A DNA stretch of 64,000 bases from a virus (IMGVR_UViG_3300029928_000002:32001-96000); one strand, 5' to 3'; positions 1 through 12,797 are shown, numbered from the stretch's first letter. Notes: a model not told the origin generated them from the sequence alone. Translations and numbers: made by a program.

Positions 1-348
1 GATAACAGACTTACAACTCAGGAACAGAAAGAAGTAAAAGTAGTTTGCGCAAATGCAACTATTGGAAATACTCTTACTACAATTGCTACTATTAATAATG
101 TAGAAATTAAAGCTAGAGTAGATGCCTCATCTTCTAGTACTGTAGATGCTGCTCTAGATGCTACTTCTGAAAATGCTATATAGAACAAAGCTGTTACAGC
201 CGAAATTAATGCACTGAAGTAGAAGAATACTGAGTTACAAAATACTATTACAACTCTGCAGACAAATCTTGAGGCATTGTAGAAGTCGTTTAACGAAATT
301 ACTAAGGAAACTGTAACTAATATGTTTACTCAAACTTCTGGAAATTAA
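1..348 (+). CDS. Tail fibre-associated protein, C-terminal part (partial; TAG=Gln)
   Basis: Frame 1 is open apart from TAGs, ending at TAA 346-348. Contains VDAALDATSENAIQNKAV (a VD..L...S.N..QNK fibre motif), a coiled coil, and C-terminal EITKETVTNMF. Confidence 0.7.
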
Positions 349-361
349 GATAATTAAATAA

Positions 362-400
362 TTATTGGTTAGGGGGTTTTCTCCTAACCAATAAATTTTT
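362..400 (+). terminator. Intrinsic terminator
   Basis: Stem ttattggttagg...cctaaccaataa followed by a T-tract, directly after the stop. Confidence 0.75.
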
Positions 401-413
401 TAAACTCTCATTT

Positions 414-710
414 ATGAAAAAAATATATAATTTCTTTTAGAAAATTAATACTTGGCTTGCTTCTTTTGGGGCTGATAGATATTTACATCTTGTAGCAGGT
501 ATTTTAATTAGTTTCTTTGTAATTATGGGCTTTCAAGCATGGTAGCAAGAAACTTTACTTATAAGTACAGTAGTAGGTTATATTATTACTGTTGCTATAG
601 GTTTGGGCAAAGAAGTTTTAGATTAGAACTATACTGGTAAATCAGATATTACTGACTGGTTATTTACTGGAATAGGCGGATTGATTGGAGCAGCTTTATT
701 TGCTCTATAA
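414..710 (+). CDS. Small multi-pass membrane protein (98 aa)
   Basis: MKKIYNFFQ...ADRYLHLVAGILISFF...GKEVLD...DITDWLFTGIGGLIGAALFAL. About three hydrophobic segments; needs TAG read-through. Confidence 0.75.
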
Positions 711-789
711 TAATTTTACAACAAAATAGACTAATTGGATTGATACGGTACGGTAGTAAGGAGGAAATTACTACCTTAAATTAAACAAA

Positions 790-2337
790 ATGAGTGATAA
801 AAAAAAATACCTGGGAATTGAAGGAGCTACAGCAATAGTTAATAGAATTAATGAGACTATTTCTTTTATAGTAACTTCTTCTACCACAAAGAAGGATGCT
901 TATACTATAGAATCGGTTAGAATGCATGGAGAAGTACAAGCGATAGATTTAACCGAAAGACATTCTGGATCTGGTTCCTTATCATTGATAGAAAAGATAT
1001 TCTAGAGATATGCACAAAAAAAATGTACTATTTATATTGAATATGAAGAATTTAAACTTCCTGTAGGATATTTCATGGTAACTACTTCTAGTACAACAAT
1101 TGCGACTAGTTTTATAGATAACTTTGATAGCGGACCAATGGCAATACAAGTTTTTTGTACATCTGTATAGGGAGCTTGGATTTAGTCTATTACTTTAAAA
1201 ACAAATATTGAAATAGATGGAGATTCTACTGGCTAGGTAGTTATTTCTGAGAAAGCTATTTCTACGGATAACATTGCTGATAAGGCAATAACTAAAGAAA
1301 AGTTAGCTGATGGTATTGCGCCTATTATAATAGAATTAACAGAAGCTGATAATGAATTACAGCAAGATATTATAAATAACTTTGGTAAGGCAACGATCGA
1401 TTCCATGTTCCCCTATGGGAACATAAGTTATTATTATAATAAAGATATTACAAGTGATAAACTTAAAGAGTATTACAATGCGTATACTAATGGTACTTTA
1501 ATCTTTATAAAGCTTTCTGATGGTGGGTTGGATGTGATGATGCCTGTTTAGGAGATGACTAAAGATGGGATCTTTATTAGTTTTTCAGAATTCTTTCTCT
1601 TAGAATTTAACTTTTGTGGCACGGCTTCAATTATAGATAATAAATTAGTTTGTGTACTAGGAGTACCGTATAGTTCTAGAGAAAAGTATACAATTCCTAA
1701 AATAGGTATAAATGACATACCTATTAAGTTTAATACTTCTTCTGGATCCACAACAGTAACAGTTCCAACAAATGAAAGAGTATATTACTATGATGATGAT
1801 ACAGCGTCTAGTAGTACAAAATACCCAAAGTATTCAATGGGAGTACATGGAAATATAACATTTAATTTGGATTTTAATGGCTCTATAGTACAACAATATC
1901 ATATTGAGTTCAGACAATATTCTAGTGGTAAAACCATAAGATTTCCGGAATGGATAGATTTTAAGGAACTCAATCCCGATACTAATAATAATATTACAAT
2001 TAATAGAGATACCGAAAACTATACTTGCATTAAAACTAATTCAGAAGACACTTATATAACTATAGATATTACAAGTACTTATGATAGATATACAGGAATT
2101 ATTACAGCTGTTCCTATAACTACTGGACTATATACTAAATATAGTAAGATAAAGTTTGAATTTAGTAATTAGGGTAGCTATGCTGATATTACCCCAAGTT
2201 CTGGAACAATAAGTGCTGATGGTATTTTATACACCAGTACTGCCGGCAAGTTCACTTATACTTATAAGGGAACTTCCTACGATCCAAACGTTACAATAGA
2301 TTAGTATAATCCAATAAATAGAACTATAACTATTTAA
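790..2337 (+). CDS. Putative tail fibre/receptor-binding protein (515 aa)
   Basis: Track ORFs 790 and 1555 join in frame through TAGs to TAA 2335-2337. N-terminal KYLGIEGATAIVNRI; internal AISTDNIADKAITKEKLA fibre repeat. Confidence 0.7.
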
Positions 2338-2418
2338 TTTATAGATTTAATAAATCTAATAATTACTATATAAATATTATAGATAATATAATTTAATTTT
2401 TTAAAATTTTAACAAATT

Positions 2419-3654
2419 ATGGCAATTAATTATTTAGGTCAAGCCGGTACTTAGGTATTGGTGGACAAAATTAAAGCAGTGTCAACAAGTTCTGCTAGCA
2501 TTGAAGAAGAACTTAAAAAGAAAGTTCCTCTGGGAGATGATGGTGTTATTTCATCGCAGTATCTTCCAAGTTATGTAGATGACGTTGTTGAAATTACAAG
2601 CATTCTCGCTGATGAGAAGGCACTTCCTATAGACAATCGTGATGCAAGTATGCTTTATTACATTAAAGCTACAAAGCAGCTTAATCAGTTTGTAGTTGCT
2701 AGCAAGTCTTGGACAAAGACTACTCCTGAAGTAGGTAAGATTTATGTAACTAAGGACACAGATCTTACATACAGATGGTCCGGTTCAGATTTGGTAGAAA
2801 TCAGTAAGTCAATTGCTCTTGGTGAGACATCTTCAACTGCTTATTCTGGCGATAAGGGTGCTGCCAATAGAAAGGATATTGACGCAATCAAGAGTGGTGA
2901 TCTTCCACTTGTAAGCCCTTCGATTGTTCCAGTAAGTGGTGCAACATCTTTGTGGACAGTAAAGAAGGCTGGTGAAAAGGGAGCTGTCGTAGCTGGTCTT
3001 GTAGGTACTGGCAACCTTACAGTACTTAAGGGTTATACAGTTGTATTTAACGGCAGTATGAAGTGGACTCATGATGATTCTCATAAGGATCCTACTGCAA
3101 TGTCTGGTGGTAACTGGAGTAATAAGGCTCTTCCTGCTTCTGGTGTTCTTTCAGACGCTTACACTACAACTGTGACTAGTGATACTACAGTTACTGCTGG
3201 AGTACAAGCTGCAAAGCAAGGTCTCGTAGAAAGCAACGGTATTATTAAGTGGGCTTCTGATTCAGATGTTAGCAAAACTACTGCTTCAGTAAGGGTTCAT
3301 TTCAATTACAAGGTTCTTTGGCAGAGCACTGCTGCTTTTGATGCAGCCGCCTTGTTAGACGCTGTTACTACTCCAACCTCTGGTGATAAGAAGTATATCA
3401 CAGCTGATGGTAGGAACAGAGTACTTACTGGTATTACTACTACTTCTGACCAGTATTTCGTATATGCTTATCCAGCATCTCTTGGTGATCTTACTAAGAT
3501 TACTTTGAATGATGCTACTCCTTTGTTGAACGACGGCTTTGTTAAGTCTACATTGACTGTTACTGATCCTGACACAGGAGCTTCAGATAAGTATAATGTA
3601 TATACAAGTGTTTAGAAGGGCGCATTTACTAACGCCAAATTAGATATTGCATAA
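2419..3654 (+). CDS. Tail fibre protein (411 aa)
   Basis: Carries the widespread fibre motif SQYLPSYVDDV...GKIYV...YRWSGS...ALGETSSTAY.GDKG. N-terminal NYLGQAGTQVLVDKIK. Two TAGs read through. Confidence 0.8.
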
Positions 3655-3688
3655 TAATTATTAACTTTTAAAAAGAACGTAAAATAAT

Positions 3689-4372
3689 ATGGCAAGAATA
3701 GGTTTAAGTTAGGCAAATACCCTGAGATCAAACAATACCACTTCTACTGGATATGGTATTGTATATGCAGATGAAATTAGTGGACATAGGTCAGTTGCTA
3801 ATCTTGATGCGTTATATGCATTGAATGCTTGGCAACTTTCTATTAGCGGAGATAATACAGGTAATGATGCTATCGGTCAGCAATGGTATGTTGTTGATGC
3901 CGATGGCAGTGGTACTGGCAATCACTATGAGTTAATTAACTGGGATAAGAGAGGTACCGCAGACGGTTGGAAAGTAGTAGCTTCAGGCGTTTCTTCCGAC
4001 GTTGATGCAGCTATTAAGACTGCAGTAGGTGCAGAAGCTACTCGTGCAAAAGCTGCTGAAGCTGCCAACACTAAAGCAATTGCAGACAATCTTACTACAG
4101 CTAAGGCTTATACAGATACAGAAACTACAAACAGACGTTCTGCTATTAATGCTGTATATGGCGAAGATCCTGGAGATACTCCAGCCCACACCATTAAAGG
4201 TAATGCAGACGATCTTGCTGCTGAAATTACTCGTGCAAAGGCTGCTGAGAAAGTTAATGCAGATAAGAATACAGCACAGGATACTTCTATTAAAGCTCTG
4301 CAAGATGGTAAGGTAAATACTGCCGACTTGGTAGAGATTACTGCTGATGAAGTAACTGCTATGTTCAATTGA
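3689..4372 (+). CDS. Tail fibre adaptor/coiled-coil protein (227 aa)
   Basis: ATG 3689 is in frame with track ORF 3821. Two AE.TRAKAAE coiled-coil repeats; C-terminal EITADEVTAMFN; single TAG at codon 8. Confidence 0.75.
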
Positions 4373-4390
4373 TATAATTAATTAATCATC

Positions 4391-4442
4391 TATCCCCCCC
4401 CCCAAAAAAAAATTATTTGGGGAGGGGTTATAGTTTTATTTT
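4391..4442 (+). terminator. Probable intrinsic terminator containing C10/A9 homopolymers
   Basis: C10-A9 run pairs with tttggggagggg and is followed by T-rich sequence. Confidence 0.55.
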
Positions 4443-6107
4443 ATGAAATATTTAGGATAGAAAGGTGCGCAAGTACTTGTTAATAAAATTAAATCAAGCT
4501 CATTACCTGAAGGAACTGAAAACAACTAGATTCTGAAGTGGGATAATGATAACAGTAAAGCAGTTTGGACAACTTTAGAGTTAGATGATGTAGCAGCCTA
4601 TGGTGTTAGAATAGACCAATCTGTTGCAGATCCTCATCTTACACGTATAGGTAATATGACATATCATAAAACCCTTCCAATACAATCTAAATTAGCAGGT
4701 TGTATTGCAACACATAAAGGTTCTACTTACAGAGCGGATAATGCTGAATTTACTTCTGGTAATATCCAATATTGGTTAGATCCAAATGATTGGAGATTTA
4801 GAAAAACTCCAGTGATGAAAAATATGAAACTAACCGTTGCTTCTGGCTCTTATACTTTAACTGATGATATATTTAAAACTCTTTAGTATGAATAGCAATA
4901 TGTGAAAGTTAGTGGTTTAATAGCTCAAGTAACTTCTATAGATACCACTAATGGTGTAGCTACTTTAACCTTTGAAGCAACTACAGGTCTTCCAACAGCT
5001 TCTTCAAATTCTATTTCTGTAGAATTAGGTTCTGTAAGAAATGGCTATGACGGTAATGTTATGATTTATTACCCAACATTCTACATTAAATCTAAAGAAG
5101 TATCTTCTGGAGTATATGATATTTTAATTTCTGAAAGTAATGCAAATACCAATGGGTATTATAAATAGAGTGAGGGACTTATGAGTGCTTATAGAGCAAC
5201 TCTATTAAGAACTGTTCCAAAAAATATGGGATATTTGTCCACTTTTGATAGTACCAATTACTTAATATCAGTAGCCAATACCCACGACTACTGTAGGGGA
5301 GGAGCAAACAGTTCTGATTATGATTCATATTTAAGTACCGATAGATTTAGAACTGATTTAGGCAAACCTGTTTAGAATGAGTATTTAAGTTCAATGCGTT
5401 AGTTAGCAGGGGATCAATCACACATCATATAGGATTATACACAGTATAAGAATGTAATGTATTGGCTGTGGGTAATTGAGTATGCTAATTTTAATAGTTA
5501 GGAAGATTACAATGCTGCTCTTACACCTGAGGGGTATCATCAGGGAGGTATGGGTCCTGGAGTAACAGATTGGGATTACGAATATTGGTATAGCTACAAC
5601 AATCATAGGGTTATAACCCCCTGTGGCTTTGGGGATGAATATGGTAACAAAACTACTGTAATAGACCAAGTTGTATCGTCTCACACATTTCATATCCCCC
5701 GTTGGAGAGGGATTACTAATCCCTTTGGAGATTATATAAACACTCTGGATGGTATTGTTATTAAGGACAAATGTTACATTATAGAGGATCCTAATAAATT
5801 TACAGATAGTGCTACCGAAGCAGCGGAAAATGCAGCCAGAAGCTGTGATGCATTTTTATCTTCTGGATACCAGAAAACCCAGGTTTATGGTACTTGTGCA
5901 GATATTCTTCCAAACGATGTTGGTAGCGATGCCACCACTTACATATGTGACTATACATTGGGTTCAGGTAATGATGGTTATACGTATTTCCTAAGCGTAG
6001 GAGGTGATACAAGAGCCTTTTCGACAGCTGGTTTAGCTTGTTATAGCCTCGATAGTGATAGGATGTATAATGGCACTTTCCGCTTTCTAACTTACCGCAC
6101 ATACTAA
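4443..6107 (+). CDS. Tail fibre/receptor-binding protein with C-type-lectin (Mtd-like) C-terminus (554 aa)
   Basis: Four in-frame track ORFs join via TAG. Motifs WRGITNPFG...DG and terminal VGG...AGL...FRF; N-terminal KYLGQKGAQVLVNKIK. Confidence 0.7.
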
Positions 6108-6163
6108 ATTATTATAATAGTTCTAACAAATCTAATACTGTCAATATAATAACTTAACCAAAT

Positions 6164-7000
6164 ATGTTTTCAAATAATAGAATTGAAAGTACTGTACAAC
6201 CTTCTTCTTTTGTAGATCTACATAACGGTGTATGGTACTATAACTATGATATAACCTCAGAGACTAAGTAGGTACCCGAAGATGTAGAGAATCCCGACAA
6301 ACTTAAAGATGTTACATATTATAGTTATGCACAAGTACGTATGTATGGTAAACCTACTTACTCCGAATGTGTATAGCTTATAATTAGAACTTATATAAGT
6401 GATACAGAAGAACTAGATCTAATTAATTCCTATAATAAATATTAGATGGGAGAATCTATATTACAATCTAAATTAGACAGTTATTCTGAATATCTAACAT
6501 TAGTTAATACAATTAAAAATAATGTTGCCAAAGATTTTGGAATTACTTTGGAAACTACTCCTACAGTACAAGCTGCTTCTAATACTTCTATTACAACCTT
6601 TGCTGCAATAATGGTTAATACTGTTGAATTAACAGACTCTCAATCATTGCAACTAAAAGTATTATTCCCCAAATGGGAGGACTATATTGGTAAGGATGTA
6701 AAAGCAGGATTTAAGATGCAATATGGAGATAAATTATTTAAAGTAGTTAAAGATCATACAGTACAGAAACAATACCCACCTTCTATAGATACTGCTTCTT
6801 TATATACAGAAATAACAGAAACATAGTCAGGTACTAAAGATGACCCAATAGACTATCCATCTGATGGTAATATGGTTATCTATAAAGGAAAATACTATAA
6901 AGAAGATGGTGTTCTATATGAATGTATAAGAGATTCCGGACAACCTCTTTATACAAAACTTGCTAATGTGATTGGCAACTATGTTTAGAAAATATCTTAA
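6164..7000 (+). CDS. Fibre-associated protein with C-terminal CBM5/12-like carbohydrate-binding modules (278 aa)
   Basis: LFPKWED..G...QYGDKLFKVVKDHTVQ...P.IDTASLY and GTKDDPIDYP...GKYYKEDGVLYECIRDSG motifs. Confidence 0.65.
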
Positions 7001-7010
7001 CAAATAATAT

Positions 7011-8153
7011 ATGGATAAAATTAAATATTTAAGTACCGATGGTACTCAAACAATAGTAAATAAAATAAATGAAAATTAGGTACTTAAATAGGATAGTAAA
7101 GGTAATATATCTTCTAGGTATGTAGATTAGGATGGAACTACTACTTATAGTACTGTTACAGGAGAAGGAAATACTGTTATAGGATCAAACAGTTTAACAG
7201 ACTGTACATACAGTTTTGCAATTGGTACGAGTAATACTATAAAATCAGGACATTATAACTGTGTTATAGGATAGGGTAATATAGTTACTAAAGGATATTA
7301 TCAGAATGTTGAGGGAAATGGAAATCAAATAACTATTAGAACAGACGGTTATACTTACGGAATTAACAACCATGTAGAAGGTTATGCAAATTAGGTATAT
7401 AACACCGCACGATATTCTCATGTTGAAGGGTGCCAAAATTTTTTAGGAGACGATATAGATATATCTAGTAACTCAGATTGTTTAGACGGTGCCCATGTGG
7501 AGGGATACAGTAATACAGTTACTGGTAAATACTCTCATACTGAAGGCTATCATAATACAGTAAAGGGGGCATATTCACATGCAGAGGGATATTACAACAT
7601 GACAACAAACGAATCAGAACACGCTTGTGGCCAATATGGTGCATCAACAACTAGCAGTACTGATTCTGCAGCACGAACCTTATTTTCTATAGGTAATGGG
7701 GAACGCTCACAAAGAAAAAGACACAATGCCGTAGAAGTAAAACTTAATGGTGATTTTTATGTATAGTCTAAAACTACTACAGATAAATCTGATTTACTTA
7801 TAAAAGATGCTCCTATGAAGCGTCTCCAAACTTGGTTAAATGAAAAATAGGATACACAAAAGTTTGAAGATACTTCTGATGCTTCTATTACTTTAAAACC
7901 TAATGTATATTATAATATTACTATTACAGATGCGGTTACATTGACTTTAGAGAAACCTACAGACGAGACTGTTAGTAATGTATATCAGTTCTGTTTTGAC
8001 GTAGATACTTCCGTACCTAAAATAACATTCCCTACTGGAATTATGTGGGAAGATACTACAACACTATTAGATAGTAGTCATTATGAATATACTATCAGAT
8101 ATGTAAAAGGTACTTATTATGGCTCTAGAAAAAGATGGGCAAAATAGCTATGA
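7011..8153 (+). CDS. Tail fibre with YadA/Hep_Hag-like head repeats (380 aa)
   Basis: Repeated SH(A/T/V)EGY.N units, EHACGQY and LFSIGNG...RHNA.EV...GD. TGA stop overlaps the next ATG (ATGA) two codons after a TAG. Confidence 0.8.
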
Positions 8154-8527
8154 TTGACAAATTATTCAAAATAACCGAAAATACAGATTTTCCAGTTAAG
8201 GAAAATGGTTAGGATTTTGTAATCTCTGCTAATACATTGTTAAGAAATATTCAATTACTTTTAGGATAGGCAACTACTAGATAGACTGAGTAGGCTCAAC
8301 AGGATATACTAACTAGGCTGGGTGAAGTTGAAAAGCTATTAAAGTATTGCCTATCTAGAAGTAATGAATCTCATACTTTGGCTCAAACATCTTATAATTT
8401 TAATACTAGGGTTTGGGATAAAACTTTAGAAAATTCTAGCGAGGTTGCAAAATTAAAAATAGAAAATAAGAGAATCTTATAGAGATTAAATGATATAGAT
8501 AAATAGTTTGAAAGATTGGGATTATGA
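8150..8527 (+). CDS. Hypothetical coiled-coil protein (125 aa)
   Basis: Open only with TAG=Gln; ATGA overlaps at both ends. Confidence 0.7.
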
Positions 8528-9171
8528 ATATAAAGATAAATAAAAATAATATTTATGTATCTTTAGAAAGTAATTACAAAGATTTTGAAAACTGTGTAAC
8601 TCTATATTTATTACTTGATTAGAATGGAAACATATATAAAAGCTGTATTAATGACCATTCTGGAATAGATGAATGCTTATTTCAAAAAATAGAAGATGGG
8701 TATTATAGAGTATATTCTATTATAATTCCTAAATATGAATACTTACCTACAGATTTAAATGTATTGCTTAAATTTGATAAATAGTATTACTACAAAGATG
8801 AATGTGTATATAAGTATTTATTTAGGAAGAATGAACTAGAAGATATAGACTATACAGAATTATTGAAGGATTGTAATAGTAATATTACTACATCTTATAG
8901 AGATGTATTTATGTACTATACTTTAGAACAATCTTTAATATCTTATATAGTAGCTTCTAGTGATGATGATGTTAAATTATAGAATTTAAGTGTTCCACAA
9001 TGTTCAGATTGTAGAAATATTCCTCAATCTATGACTTTAGAAATAAGGAATAAATTATCTATGATACTTGAAATGATTAAGCATTCTATTAAATGTAATA
9101 ATTTTTAGAGGGCACAGTATTTATTAAAATTGGTAACTAAGTATTGCAATGTCAGAGAAATAGATAGTTGA
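8524..9171 (+). CDS. Putative structural protein, paralog of 9327..10076 (215 aa)
   Basis: Open with TAG=Gln. DGYYRVYSIIIP and LEMIKHSIKCNNFQRAQ motifs are shared with the 9327 gene. Confidence 0.7.
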
Positions 9172-9313
9172 TTAGTATAGAGAAATACTAAGTAGATTAG
9201 AAAGGGGTTATATGGATTCCTTGGATGATTTGGTCACCAATTTATTACTCCATAAATATAACCTCTCATGTATTATAAATTAGGATATTCATACTGATGA
9301 TTATATAGAATGA
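9149..9313 (+). CDS. Small hypothetical protein (54 aa)
   Basis: MSEKQIVDQYREILSRLERGY... fills the gap between the paralogs; three TAGs. Confidence 0.5.
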
Positions 9314-9326
9314 CTTATGTGATAAA

Positions 9327-10076
9327 ATGTTTAAAGTAGATTAGTATTGTGATTGTAGTGTTAGGATAACTGATACAACACATTCTCTATATGATTAGGA
9401 ATCTTTATATTCTTTTAAATATGAAGATACTATGACTTTAGACATAATAATTTATAATAATTCTATTTCTCCAAAATTACAGGCAATAGTTTTTACTGAC
9501 CATAATGGATATTTAACAGAAGTGAAACTACCATTATCTAAAGATGGATGGTATACAATTTACCACATTATACTACCTACAGATAAATGGTATTATAAAG
9601 AATAGCAGAATAGATTTAATAAGTTACATAAATATAAAGATATTTATATTACTGATGGAAAATCTATTTATCGTAGAGAAAATGGAGAATTAGTAAAGTT
9701 AGAAATTTTAGATCTTTTAAGAGAAGATTTGAATAAATCAACTGCACATATTTATAGTAAGGATATTTTCTCTACTTGTTATTTAGAAGAATGTTATATA
9801 TCTATATGTAATAAATTATTATCTAAAGATTCTGATACTCAAATAGAATATCAAAGAGATTTTATTTGGAGCACTTTAGAAATTATAAATATATTAGTAT
9901 AGAACACTAATTTAAGATAGGCACAATCTATTATTGAAGAAGTAATGAGTTGTAAGGGATTTTGTTTTAGTAATGTAGAAAATAAATCTACAAGTTTAAA
10001 TCAAATTTCTCAATATAATACTTCTAGAAGTAATGGATTTTATATATAGTCAGATTGTAATTGTAATAAACAATAA
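9327..10076 (+). CDS. Putative structural protein, possibly tail hub-type (249 aa)
   Basis: DGWYTIYHIILP, RDFIWSTLEIIKY...AQSIIEEVMSCKGFC; ends DCNCNKQ. Confidence 0.7.
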
Positions 10077-10090
10077 TAAATATAATTATT

Positions 10091-10840
10091 ATGGGATGTA
10101 ATTGTGGTAATCCAAGACCTCCTTTTAGGCCTACTGATCCAAACTGCCCTCCACCACCAAGACCAGAAGATAGAGATTGGGATGAGGCTAGATGGCATGA
10201 ACGTTGGGAGCATGATGATTGTAATGTTCCTCCAAGACCAGTTCCTCATAGGAAATTTAATTATTTTGGACAGTATACCGATCTAGAAAAATAGATTATT
10301 GCAGAACAGTTAGGTTTCTCAGAAGGAAATGTTACAGTTGTAAACTATCCTGATGGAGAAGACCTTACTCAGAGGATTTCTTCTAATCAGAAGGTTTTAA
10401 AATTTAAAGATAAAGATTATGATCCACAGAATTGCAGTGGATATGGTAGAGTATATCTTCGTAAGAATATTGAAGGTACAACTTGTGGTAGAGTTTCTTC
10501 TGCACCTAGAAATATTCTGAGACAAGAGATGTTCTATGATGAGAATGGCAATCCAAGAGATCATACTATCTTTATTATTCAGTATGATTATGATTTGGAT
10601 GACGCTTACATCAAACTTCCAGAAGATTCTATTTTGAAGTTTGAAGGAGGTAGTCTTAGTAATGGTACATTGATGCTGAATAATACTTATTTGTATCCGA
10701 TGCCATTCATTACAAATCTTTATCTCCATAACATACAAACTGCTAACGATCCTGGAGAAGGACAGCTTACTTATTATGATGATAAGTTAGAGTTGCAAAT
10801 TAGTAAAGGTGAAGCTAAAGAATTAAAATTCGCTGAATAA
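10091..10840 (+). CDS. Tail spike/fibre anchoring-type protein (249 aa)
   Basis: Pro/Cys-rich N-terminus, then NYPDGEDLT...LKFKDKDY...SGYGRVYLRKN and YDYDL....I.LPE...L.FEGGSL, motifs typical of Bacteroidota phage spike N-termini. Confidence 0.65.
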
Positions 10841-11709
10841 TGTAGAGACTGTAGACTTGTGAACTACCTAATGATTTTAGACACGTCTGTTTCAAAGATT
10901 TACAATCTTACATATCTATAGACAGCTTTATTGATATACTGAGAGGATATTCTGATGTAGAGATTAATGAAATTAAAAAGCTATTAGGAATACCCTCTAC
11001 AGTTTATGTTGATAAAGATATAAATATGTACTCTACACATCCTGTAGAGAATAGAGCTGTCTTTGATGCACTGTCTAAGAAAGTTGATAAGAATCGTATT
11101 GCTACAGTAGCAATAACTGGTAGTTATAAAGATTTATCCGATGTTCCAGTCAATTTACCTAATCCAGAAGGTCTTATAATTCAAGATAAAAATGGAGAAT
11201 ATTAGGTATATGATGGAAGTGAAGCTATGAAAATTACTTTACCTCAATCTGTTAAAGATTTAGGGGATTGGAAAGATTTTGTAGTAGATTATGATAGGAT
11301 TGAAAAGATGCTCCCTATAAGGAACATCTTGCTTAATGGTGTATTACTTCCAATTAATGCTAGTGGCACAGTTACTATTAAGACTATCACTTGGAAAGAA
11401 CTTGAAGAGAAATTAAAGAATTATATTACTGCAGATGATTTAAATCTGTATAAAGGAGAACTTGAGTAGTTAGTAGTTAAAAAGATTTCAGTATTACGTA
11501 CTGAATTACTTAAAGACATTGATGCTTTAACTAAGGATACTACAGCTAAATTTACAGATGTAAATAACAGTATTACATTATTGTAGAATAGCAGCAATTC
11601 TGCAGACCAAGATATACAAAGTCTTAGAAATGATTTGTAGGATTTATCTACTCAATTAAAATCTGCAATAAATGATATTTCTATTATAAAAGCAAAATTA
11701 GGAATTTGA
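10840..11709 (+). CDS. Fibre-like coiled-coil protein (289 aa)
   Basis: TAATG overlap with the previous gene; codons 2 and 5 are TAG. Motifs STHPVENRAV, ATVAITGSYKDL, LPNP; C-terminal coiled coil. Confidence 0.7.
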
Positions 11710-11747
11710 AGATAATAAATATTTTTTGATGTGTAATATGAATTAAT

Positions 11748-12797
11748 ATGGCTTAGGAAACTCAAACATTGGATAGTCTGGATTTTGACGATACTCAGGA
11801 ACAGACTACTCCACAACAAGAAGAACCTACTCCAGAATCTCAACCTGAAGCACAACAGTAGCCAGATAACCAATCTACTGATGCTATTAAGGATTATTTG
11901 AGTACTATCGGAATTAAGGATTCTTCTAAAATAAAATTTGAAGATGATAAAGGCAATGTTTAGGAAAAATCATGGGATTCTCTTACTGAGGATGAAAAAC
12001 TTAACATTTTAAAGACTCCTAATGTTAAGCAGGTAGATCCTTCTTAGGCAAGTGCTTATGGATTAGATGATTAGGAGACATAGTTAATTAATTATCTGAG
12101 AGCTAATAATTTATCTCCAGAAGAATATTCTTAGATGTTACAGCAACAGGGAGCTAGTTCTAATACTCCTGAACCTGTATATCAAGTAGATTCACTATCT
12201 GATGATGATTTATATCTTGCAGATATGCAATTACGTGCTAAAGATATTACTGATGAAGAGCTGCAGCAAGCCTTAGAGCAAGCTAAAAGTAATCCTGAAA
12301 CTTACCAAAAGTATGTTAATGGATTGCGAGAAGAGTATAAGAATCTTGAGAATCAGAATTCTGAACAGCAACAAGCTGAAGAACAAGCTGCTCAACAAGA
12401 ACAATATACTCAATTCTCTAATCAAGTACTAAATTCTATAAATAATCTAAATTCAATTGGAGATTTAGATATATCTATGGATGATAGAGAGAAAGATGAG
12501 CTTGCATAGTTTATACTTGGTCAAGATGGTGCAGGTGTAAATTACATTACTAAGGCTTTGAATAATCCCGACACTCTTGTAGCTGCTTCTTGGTTTTTAC
12601 TTAATGGACAGAATGCTTTTTCTGAAATTCAGGATTACGTAAGTAATGCTGTTAAATAGGCTAGACAAGCTGGCAGAGAAGAGGCTATTAAAGAAATGAA
12701 GGGTTCTAGTAAGCCGTCAGTAATAGTAACATCTCCTAACAAGCCTAATCAATCAAATACTCCAGTAAATAGTATTGACGATATAAATTTTGATTAA
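11748..12797 (+). CDS. Acidic scaffold-like protein upstream of the MCP (349 aa)
   Basis: D/E/Q-rich with a predicted coiled coil; position immediately before the MCP; TAG at codon 3. Confidence 0.65.

Noticed and set aside
2338-2418. aaatctaata motif (also at ~6128) as a promoter
   Set aside because: Too short and AT-rich to distinguish from chance without a genome-wide test.
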